A stretch of 64,000 nt of DNA, from assembly GCF_024521635.1 (NCBI RefSeq), contig NW_026250412.1:806001-870000 (forward strand), given 5' to 3'. This document shows, one piece after another, positions 13,420 through 23,400 of this stretch. This DNA is from Tricharina praecox (lineage: Eukaryota). The notes beneath the pieces were generated by a model. It worked only from the letters and a program-made list of their open reading frames with translations, was not told where the DNA came from and did not search any database. A program made the position numbers and the translations under genes. Each line of letters starts with the position of its first letter. The stretch's first letter is position 1.

Positions 13420-13445
13420 CCGGACTGCAGTCGACTGCAGTCCGG
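13420..13445. repeat. Perfect 26-bp palindrome
   Basis: CCGGACTGCAGTCGACTGCAGTCCGG is its own reverse complement and is followed by (GTCCGGCCCCC)x2. Confidence 0.9.
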
Positions 13446-14187
13446 CCCCCGTCCGGCCCCCGTCCGGCAAACAGTGGACGGGATCGACAATTTCTATGCC
13501 CTCCTATAAAATTAATACCTAGGCGGGACTGGATTAGGGGTCCTCAAACCTCAAATGGAATAGAAAAATGGAATGGGTTGCGCGTTTCCATTTGTATGGA
13601 CCCCGGGTGGAATGGCAGGTGGGTTGTGGGGTGGATTCGTTAGTTAGTGGCTAGGAGTAGGGGGAGGAGTACTATGGGGGGTGGCGGCCCAGGCGACCGG
13701 AAGTCTCACGGATTTACTCTGTCATTCCTGCTCGGTGACTAAAGTCATCCCTTCAATGACTAACTTTGTGTGTTAATCGACTCTTGCAATGCTTCCCAGA
13801 TGACACTTATAACAAAAACCATCGCCTCCATAATATTCAGCTTCTAGAAGTTCTAGTCCGTCCAGACCATGTAGAACACTGGAGAAAACTTGGCTAGCGC
13901 GCACTATTTAGCGGAAACCACTGGGTTGAACTGTGGCGTGAGTGATCGGTGATGAGGCTGCATCGCTGATAGGAAGACGGCCTCTGCGTTTAATTAAGTA
14001 CATACTCGGAACCATCCTCGGAAGCGAGCCATGGCAGCTGTGGATACCGCTTGCGGTTGCCCAGACCGAATGCTGTGGTGCATATCAGCAGCAAATATCA
14101 CCCTCGAAGAAGAAACCATAACAATTGCCCGAAATCCGCCTAGCATTTAACATCCGAGTATGATTTGTTACTTGGTAAAGTGCATGG

Positions 14188-14240
14188 TTTGTTTTTGTTT
14201 GTTCATTCATTAAAAGCGGCCTATCCAGATCATGGCAATC
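14188..14240 (-). mobile_element. LINE 3'-end stub
   Basis: The minus strand reads GCCATGATCTGGATAGGCCGC followed by an A-rich tail, matching the 3' end of the 7211-8983 element. No TSD is recognisable. Confidence 0.6.
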
Positions 14241-15959
14241 TGTGTTCCCCATCCTCTATCCGTCTGCAGTACGATCAACAGTAAGTACGGTGTGGTCCAG
14301 GGGAGGGTAAAAAAATGTGATATTACTACTGTTTCTTTTCTTTTACAAAATGGTGTGATATCCCTCCGGATTGTCGTTTCCGGTCAATGTATCCACCGAA
14401 TGCGGAATTCTAGATTCCGGTCGTCTCTGATTAGTCCGCCATCCTGCGGCCAACTGGATGGATCCCTTCTCCGCTATCTCCCTATCGATGAGCCTCCTTT
14501 CAGCTTTCGGTAGTGTCCCCTGGCTACGGGGGTGACGAGCTTCCCGGCCAAAATCATCCAGCCCGACGTTTGACCCATTGAAAGCCCAACAATGAGTTCG
14601 ACCGTTTTCGTAAAGCCGGTGAATGTCGACCCATCTCCACCCCGGCGCACCAAAGGCTCTACCTATGCAATGGTCATGGGCTGGTCTTTCGTGTGAGCGG
14701 TCTCAGCTCCATCGAAATCGTAGTCTTGATCGAAAATCCGATTTCCGAACAGCCATAACTCGGGTAACTCATACCACATCTTCCTACGTTCTTGGCTCCT
14801 ATGGCTGGACGCCATCTGGCCGGTTACAGATGGGAAACAGCTATGAGAAATTTCCTTGAGGTTTGACAAATTCAGGATCAGTTTTCGCACGTTGACGGCA
14901 TCTCGCACTTTACCTAGCATGGGAACACCTAAACTGAGGCCGGAATTATCTTCTGCTAGGTACTGAGATATGCGACCTTTAGATTAAGCAAACCTTGATC
15001 TCAGCCATGTGGTTGTTGAGCTGTGGACCCACATCCGAAAATAGCCCGGAAAGCCCAGAAGCAGTGTTGTGAGTGCATGGGAATGATATCAATAGCCATC
15101 CAGCGCGAAAGAAACGTCTTTACCGCATGAGTGTTTGCAGCACCATCATGCCATATCGGCCACAATATGTGCCACGATAGGGCCTTAAATGTGATACCAT
15201 CCACCATCCACCATCCACTATCCCCCATCCACCATCCACCATTCACCATCCACCATTCGCCACGAACTATCTCACGGCGTCCGGACACGGAATCCACAAA
15301 TGACGATCGCCGCCCCTAGTCTGTGATGTGTGACTGGCTCTAGAGCGAGCTCGGCGCCGCACATCTCAGCTAGGTATCTTACGGAGCATCGGCGATGTCA
15401 TAATTCTGGCCGCGAGCAACACGAATGGGACTGACCACTCCATGTCCAAGGACCGCGAGTTATCACGCCCTCGGAAAGGCAAATGTCGACGGGTGGGGAA
15501 TTCGTACTTCTGCAGCCGACGACGACAACAGTGCCCACAGCTTGGCAGAACTGTGCAGGACACGATGCGACGGGGTTGGCGGCGTATCCTGTATATGCTG
15601 GCTGGTGCGCATGGTAGTGAAGACGGATATCAGGCTAGGATACCTGGTGGATGTTGGATAATGGTGGGGCCGGATGGGACGCATTGAAATGCTATATTTG
15701 ATTTCTTTAGTGGTGTGGCCCGGGATCTGCAGTGGCCCGCTCCATCGTACTGCCCAACGCTGACCAGTGGGGTTCGAAAGCTCGAGCAGGCAACAGTTAA
15801 CGCTAGAGGGAGTTTGCATTTCGCCGAGTCCGGTTTGGAAACGAGAATTGGAATTGTACGGGCACCGATTACGGCGATCCTGCCGTAGTGTATAAGTAGG
15901 TCTTGCTGTCTCCCATGATGTTCGCTCCCCAAGAACGCCGTCTCTGGCATCATACCGAA

Positions 15960-16726
15960 CAAACACCCACGACGAACGGTTCCTTCATCCGCCTTCTCTT
16001 GGATCTTACGAACCGACTCTTATCTTATTGTGATATATCCCCCCACGACTCGAACGACTTTCTCTGTTTCTCCAACTTTTCTTGCGGACCTTCGAAACAG
16101 GCCTTCCCTTAAAAAAGATTGAAGTCTTGCTCCACAGGATACCCAATCCTCGGGTACCTGGCATGCCATCGACATCCTCATACTGAGTACATGTTCACGA
16201 CGAACGGCTCCTTCATCCGCCTTCCCCCAGAGATCTTCGAGACCGGCCCGTTATCAGTAGCAGGTCAAAACAGCCAACAAATTGTGCTTCGATCCGACCG
16301 CCGCACCATCAGCTTAGGAGGGGAATATCCATTTAGCACCGGCAAGTATGTAACCCTGACGGTCAACTATAACCTGACCCAGTATGCTAACGGACTCCGC
16401 AGCCAAGACGCGAGCCTTCACTGTCAACTATCTTCACGATTATCCTCTGCGTCTTCCGGAAGAAATATTCACTACAGCTCCGAAACGATTTGGGAAATCT
16501 CAAATACCTATCCATGCCCCTCTATCCGGGGCCCGAAGATGGTGACCTGAAGGGTTGGGCGTACCACTCCACCACCCCATACCCCATCACCGTTGAAGGT
16601 CGGAGACAAGTCTCAGTCCGGCGGGACTTGGCGTTTTCCCATGCGATACATTTCGGAGCACTCATTGCCGTAGTTATCCGGCCTTCGGACCCACGGCCTC
16701 CGAATCCACGGATTCTAGGGACCTAG
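15960..16726 (+). pseudogene. Possible decayed F-box-like gene
   Basis: Duplicated segment CACGACGAACGG(T/C)TCCTTCATCCGCCTT (about 15968 and 16196) encodes TTNGSFIRL(PPEIF), resembling an F-box start. Frames are broken by stops and shifts. Confidence 0.3.
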
Positions 16727-16884
16727 AGTCAGCCTGACACTTGAAGGCTGCCGCTCATGCTGGGGACTCCATACCTGGCATGCTCCAGGTCCTACTTTAT
16801 CATCATCATCGGATGTTCCCTATCCCCTTCCGTTCCTCTCGCTGGCTGGGTGAAGTGTGGGCTGGCACTGAGATTGATTGGTCG

Positions 16885-16984
16885 TGTTCCCCGGATCGTA
16901 CGCCTTGTTCCCCGGATCGTACGCCTTGTTCCCCGGATCGTACGCCTTGTTCCCCGGATCGTACGCCTTGTTCCCCGGATCGTA
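16885..16984. repeat. 21-bp minisatellite, about 4.8 copies
   Basis: (TGTTCCCCGGATCGTACGCCT)n, head to tail, no spacers. Confidence 0.95.
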
Positions 16985-17295
16985 TGCATCATCTACAGTA
17001 TCTTTCAAGCTATCGGCGTTCGAGTGTTTACCTTTCCTGGGAAGTCTTTCCTCGATCCAGGACGTATCCCGCATTCAACGACAAAGATACACTCCGTTCG
17101 CTCGAATGGAACGGGTATGCGAAGCTAGTTTGAGGGCACGATCGGCGAGGAGGAGCACCTGATTGGCGAGGAGAAACATCTGGCGAGTGGAGACAATGGG
17201 CTGGAATAGCAGAGATGGAATAGGTCGGGATTTGCAACGATTGAGACCTCTACCAATCGGGATGGAAACTGAGAACATGTCACATGTGACTGGAT

Positions 17296-17408
17296 TTCGT
17301 TTTTGTTTACTCATTGATTGCATGCGACCTAAGTACCTAGCTAGATCATGGCAATATAATATCAACACACTCTCCGTTTCCGCGCCGCTATCCAGCCCGA
17401 CTCTTATG
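17296..17408 (-). mobile_element. 113-bp LINE 3'-end insertion with TSD
   Basis: 12-bp TSD ATGTGACTGGAT at 17284-17295 and 17409-17420. The insert resembles 7211-7320 (LINE tail) and has an A-rich end. Confidence 0.88.
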
Positions 17409-18319
17409 ATGTGACTGGATATAAAGTGACTTGCCATGGTCGGAAACGGCCGAACGTGAAATGATGAAGCGGAAAACGTAAATGGTACAAGCCACCCAAG
17501 GTATCGTATCGAATATGGGGATAGTATGTACATTCTTGCGACTTCCCCAAAGAGCCTCTCGATTCTGTGGGCTAGGAAACATGCGTCTGTGACCGTGCGC
17601 AAACCTGAGATCGTAGGAGAAATTTGCTGCGGAGGGCTACTTATGTACATAGCACGATGGTGGTTGATGAACCGTATGATAGGTATCTCTACCCTCTCTG
17701 GGGCCAGGATCTCATTACTTGTGCGATGACTAACAGGTGCCACCCCTTGCAAGCCGTATGTACGGAGACCACCGGCGAGTGCTATGTCATGTAGGGCTGT
17801 AGCGCACACCCGCGAGGCTTGCAGCCCGGAGTGGCTTTAGGAGTCGATCTGTTCCGTGGCTTTTGCATAGTGACGCATAACGTGGTTACGTTCCGAGCGT
17901 GTGGTGCTTGCCAGTTACCGCCCGGCCGGTCCGCTTGAAAAGCATCTTTCGGAAAGTATGGTAGACAGCAGCACCCATGACGATTGTTGTGTTTGTTTCG
18001 GGGACGATGATAGACAATAGCTTCTACCGCGCACAGCACCCGCCACCACACTTCGATTCGAGAAGTCGCATAGTGATAATGTACTACTTGGTAGGTAGAT
18101 CCCGCCGTCGTTGTTTTCATCACCCATACCGTAGTCACCGAAGAGCCAATTGTAGTAGCATTACCGAGTAACTATCGGAAGATTTTTGAGACATTGTGTA
18201 GACAGTAGACAGTGAATTCCAGCCCATTCGGAGCATGGGATGATGTTTGTTGCCCGACCGATTGCTCAAACGCATGCATCCATCATGACCGTTGAAGCTC
18301 ACTAAGCAGCCGGTATGAA

Positions 18320-18673
18320 TCACCACCTCCAGAAGATACGGATGAACTGCAACAGCAGACCGCCCACAACGACAAAGATCAGAATCCCTATCCCATCACA
18401 ACCCATTTGTATTAGCCCACACCACCTTCTCTCTCCCCATGCGCACACGCACTGGGGAGAGCGACGGCGAGAGAGATAACTCACAGAAACGGGATCCCGA
18501 GATCTTGTTCTTGTTCTTGGCCACTTCCGACTGGGTCATCTTCTTCTCGTGTTTCGCGACAAACCTCGAGTCAGCTCTACGCTGGCGGCGGTTTGGTGGT
18601 GGGACCTGCGTCTTGTCAGGTACCGTGGAGAGCGAGTTATACCTAGGGAGAGGTCGGGTGAGAGGCGAACCAT
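18320..18673 (-). CDS. RAMP4/SERP1 (Ysy6-like) tail-anchored ER protein
   Basis: Exons 18673-18671 (ATG only), 18605-18485 and 18387-18320 give MVPPPNRRQRRADSRFVAKHEKK...SRFWILIFVVVGGLLLQFIRIFWRW*: a basic N-terminus plus the FVVxGG...IR transmembrane tail typical of the family. Confidence 0.8.
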
Positions 18674-19297
18674 CTTGATGTTTGTGGGATGGTTTTTTTT
18701 TCTTCGGAAAGGCGGTGGATGAGTGTGTTTGTTTGGGAAGGTTTTGGCGGAGGCGTCGTGGGAAAGTCGTCGATTTAGGTAGGAAGTAGGGAGAGAGGAA
18801 TGTGAGGCTCGTGGACTGGTGGGTGTAAGGCAACTACTGGTTTCCCGTTGCATCGTTTTGCATTCGACCCGCTATGGCCATGCCAAGTGAGAAAGGTGAG
18901 TGACAGACCGGCCTTTGGCCGGAGGGCTCGATGGCCCGGCCAACTTCCGCACTTTAGCCGCCGTCAGCCTGAACCAGATCAACGTTTACACCCACGGGAC
19001 GTCCCGATTGGTACCTAAATATTGGTTGTCTCGGTGACTTGCCTCGTGTTGGTTACTAGGAACTTAGTATATCACTCGTTTTTCATCTGTATGAATGGGC
19101 ATGGACCCCTCCCCCCTTCTTCTTCGGCGCTGCAGAGATTTCACGGCTATCGTAGTGTTCAGCATCGTGTGCCCTCTCCGTTGGATCAGATGATGCTGCT
19201 GTTGAACTGTTGTTTTTCCATCATAGCTTTTTCCATCTAGTCTGCTACTGCTTCCGCCGTCTGTCAGGTCGCGATCGCCGCCCAGATACCATGTAGG

Positions 19298-19947
19298 CAG
19301 TGCAGGCAACAGCCCAACCCAATCAAAGCCAGCCCGCAGCCCGACGCGTGTAGCCCAGCTCGGGCTGGTGGGCCGTAGTTAGTGAGCTCTAATGATGCGT
19401 CTCACTGCTAGTATCGTCGAGGGTGGTGGATCCGGCACGGCCACCTCCTGTATCCCAACAACAACCGCAAGAGAATCACCTCCGCATCCGACGGCAGAGG
19501 TAGAAAGAGTGTTTAGTAGCGATAAACTCATGGTTGGGTTGAAGCCGGAGCTCATTGAGGCCTGCGAATGTTTGCGACATTGGCACGCTTCCGCCACTGT
19601 GGACCTGTCTTCTTAGTAGAGTAGCTTTACATTTTATGTGCTGTTTTTTTTCCTCCTGTTTTTTTCTGTCTTTCTTTCTTGAGGGCGCTGCCGGCGTGGG
19701 CCTGTTACATATCTATCATGAGAGAGAGAGAGAACATCAATTATTGTCGCATGCGGCCTTGCTAGACTATGGCGACCACTAACTTCCAAACCTTTCCTTT
19801 CCAGCCAGCTCCGCGGGTCGAAAGAAAGCTCTAGATACCACCACGGCCCGTTCCTGCGCCGCTGCCTACCAACCACCGACTTTATAATCCAGCCCGCCCA
19901 GCAGCCCCAGCCCAGCCCATGGGCTTTTCGGGCTGTTGCCTGCACTG
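19298..19947 (+). mobile_element. Non-autonomous hAT DNA transposon (650 bp)
   Basis: Perfect 18-bp TIRs CAGTGCAGGCAACAGCCC (19298-19315 and 19930-19947); 8-bp TSD CATGTAGG/TATGTAGG (7/8 match); AGCCC subterminal repeats; internal relic of the hAT dimerisation domain, AEVERVFSS..LKPELIEACECLRHW. Confidence 0.9.
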
Positions 19948-20460
19948 TATGTAGGTATATGCATACATCTCAGGTGTTCCAGGGAGCCGCATTCTGTGTA
20001 TAGAAATATGTAGTTTGAAATCCGACTTTTAATTTTCTCCCACGTATTAAACTGGCCCGTCGAGAGTACCTACTACGAATTTCGCATGAAAAGATTTACC
20101 ATCCGAGTCCCCACCAGCCCCTTCGCCCAAAGAAAACGACTTGCTGAAAGATGATCACTCGTGTCCTCCCCTCCTCCCCTCCTCCCCTTGACGCAGACTC
20201 TGAATCGAGCCCAATATTGTGCCTCCCGTTCGGTCTTATCGATCTTTTACAGTTAGCAAGTCTTTCGCCCTTTGCCCCACCAGGTCTCCAGTCAAAGGTC
20301 CCACCGGCTCCAACGCCAAAGGCGACAGTCGATCTTCCTTTGTGCCTCCGTCTAAAACGTTTTGGTTCGAGCGAGAGATTGTTTGTCAAACTCCCTAGTA
20401 GGTAGGCGAAGTATGCACCGTCAGCATGCGCAACCCCTTGATCCACTGAGATATGGGAAC

Positions 20461-21600
20461 CTACTTCCAGGCATCGACTGTGTTAAGCAGCAGATTCAAG
20501 AGCATCAGCATGGGGAATATCTGTCCAAAGCCCCATTGTTGCTCCTCACAATCAGCCAATACTGGCATTGTCGACACCCTCACATCCATGGTCCGGGAGA
20601 ACGCAAGGAACCACCACATCAGCATCGAGACGACGTAGAACTGTAGACCGAAGCTCGGGTGCGTAATGACGGCGTGTATCTTTCGGGGTAGGAATAACAT
20701 CCAAGGCGGAAGCTAGTATAGCATGGACTTCGCGATCCACAGCAAGCCTACTAAAGATCCTTTGATGGTTTTGAACGCCGTACCCCTGCCCAATCTTGCA
20801 AGTAGTAGGAAGAGGGCAGTCCTGTGGAGCCCGTCTCCAACGGCTTGAAGAAAGTCGTGCACATCGATCGAGCGTCTGTATGGCGATAAGATAGTCACCC
20901 CATACCCACACGACGAATAATGCTAGCCTCGCATAGCAGAACAATATGTTGATGGAGATAAAGTACTAGTAGCAGCGCTTGCTATCGGTATCGTCCCAGT
21001 AGGTGCAGCTGGAAAGAGTTACACCGAACAAGTATATCGTCTCGAGTATAATGTGGTGTCGAAAGTGCGATACGCGCCCAATTAAGTCTGGTGGAATACT
21101 GCGTCGAATTTGATCCTGGGCCGTGCCCCTCCTCCTCGAGCGGACGTCCTTCCAACTCGAGCGCGCCGACGAAACCAATGTTGCACTGTGCGGCGAGCTG
21201 GATGACAAGGTAACGATGGTTGAATGTGGAGTCCTCTTCATAGTGGTGTTGGATACCGGCAACCAGCATTGCTATGCCGATGACAAGCTGCTGATCGGCA
21301 ATAGTTATTATCAGAGATTGGGACAGCGCGTAGTATCTCCCTCGGTGCTTGAGCCGTGCTGCCTTCAATCGTGGGAAGCTGGCCCAGAGGCGTACAGGCC
21401 ACAGGATCATGGCAAAAGAGACAAGAAGCACGCAAAAGAACGAGCTGATCAGGAAGGCACTAACGACCTGGAAGTGTCAGTAAAATCGAAGCCTAGTTGA
21501 GTATCGGCCGACGTCGACTCACCCCATCGCTGGCAATCTCTGGATTTGTGGGAATAAGATCATCACTAAAGTTGCATCGATACCGAAATTGGAAGTTGAC
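20461..21600 (-). pseudogene. Decayed multi-pass fungal membrane protein (NPxIA.. / DQQLxxG / WGFGQ family)
   Basis: PTNPEIASDG|intron|VVSAFLIS..ADQQLVIGIAMLVAG..EEQQWGFGQIFPMLML. Two frameshifts (about 21050 and 20900) and two in-frame TAG stops; start not defined. Confidence 0.65.
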
Positions 21601-23400
21601 CGCGAAGATTGAATCCGAATATAACGCGTACCTCACCTGGCAAGTAGATGTTTTTTTGATTGAGGCGTGTCCGGACCGAGCGACTCGACTCGGTGTAGAA
21701 CTTTCCAGGAGTGCGGGGCTGTCGTCGAGAAGGAGGGGTAGTAAGACAACTTACGAGAACTTGCATAACTATGTGGCACGCAGCAGGTAGAATTGGCGAG
21801 GCCATCATTCGACCAATATGGATCGCTTTCCAACCGGATTCTCCATGAGTGGTTGTACCCCAGTATGTACATACCAGATTTCCCTTTGCTGCCGCTGCCG
21901 GTGGCCCGCCAGTCACCTCACTGGCCTGTGCCCGCCAATTATCGCCATCATCAGTTTTTCATCCTTTGGCCCGCCGGTTGTTGAGCGGATGATTCCTGTC
22001 CTTATGCCCACCGAATACTTTACATCGTGAGCTGCCCCTGCAGTCTTCGGAGAGTTGCTGGAAGCCCGGTGCGGGGAGCACATGAAGAAAGCGGGTACGA
22101 TGAAGGAGAAGGAAGCGGGCGAGAGCGAGAGCGAGTGAGTCTTTTACGGCTTTCCCAAAGAAGCCATCCATCCATGCGTAGCACAAGTACTCGGGGCTGA
22201 AATGTGCGGAGAGATTTTCGATATGCAGATAGGGTGGTTGCATTTGAAAGAAGTGCGGGCTTCAGGAATGTGCTCCCTCCTTCTGTTTACCACTGCAGCC
22301 TGCCCACACTCACAGGAGACCACCAACCCAACTGGATCCGGTGGCGAAGCGGGCGATCTGTCAACAGGATCGAAATACCTATGCACATATTATCAGCAAA
22401 CGCCTGTCCCGTTTAAACTTTAGCAAAGGAACACTTCAACACCTATTCGACACTGGACAGGGCCAGGCCGTGACAGGTTTAAGAAGTACGCACTCCCTCC
22501 GTTTCTCAATCTCACCAGTGGTCTCGGTAGGCCCCTATTCGCCAGCGTAATCCAAACAAAGGGAATGGTACAGTCCTTTGACCAAAGGTTCGGATATTCC
22601 GACCTATCCCTTCCACTTTTGTTTTCCTCAGGATGGGCTTGCTGGGACCTCAACTCACTGCAACTGTTGAACAATTGCCCCCGAGACTGCTTGACTCCGT
22701 GGCGGCATCACCAACAGGAGTCGTTCGCGTGCCTGTCGATCTGGTGGTGAGTAGACGTCACAGCCTTGATGGCGATGCCGCAAATTGTGAATACTATGGT
22801 GTTTCGAGGGTAATTAGATCCAGTGAACATCGCTAGGGAAGGAGTGGTGAGGAGAAAAGGGGAAATAACTTTACATTATAATCGACGATGTATTATTGAT
22901 GGATGACGGTGGTAGGCGACAGCATGGGGAGCGTAGGAGAGCTGCAGCAACAACCACAACATAATGGGCCGTGCTACGTGAGGTCATTTTGAACCCTTTG
23001 GGTGTACCGCATGGCCGTTTCGGGCCCCAGCAAAGAATGGGTAGACCTTGGTGGCGGAAAACATTTCAGCCAGCCCAACGTAGGTACCGCAAACTCACTG
23101 TTTGGCCTCAAGACAGATCCATACAACCCCTTATATTTAGCAATGTAATCCCATCAGCCGCGTGTGCTGCCGTTGTGGATAGCCTGGTGACTCGTGAGGC
23201 AGTCTGTGCTGTGTGTCTGCTCCGCTAGAACGATACGACGAGGTGGACGGAAATCAAGCGCAAGCGCGTCAAATAGCCGACGAGTCATGCATGGACCACC
23301 ACTCTAGAGCAGTAGCGTCCCATCCCACCAACTCTTTCCAGAGCCGCAGGAACTTTTTTTTTTTTGCAGTTTCTCGCCTCAACCCACGACCGTCGCAACG

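Noticed and set aside
13420-13445. PstI-SalI-PstI palindrome as vector polylinker contamination
   Set aside because: No other vector sequence adjoins it, and it sits among natural inverted-repeat elements.
16885-16984. GTGTTCCCCG start resembles a type I-E CRISPR repeat
   Set aside because: Units are head to tail with no spacers, there are no cas genes, and the context is eukaryotic; it is a minisatellite.
21790-22840. Short Cys/His-containing ORFs upstream of RIX7
   Set aside because: I could not join them into a coherent gene or assign a family by eye.
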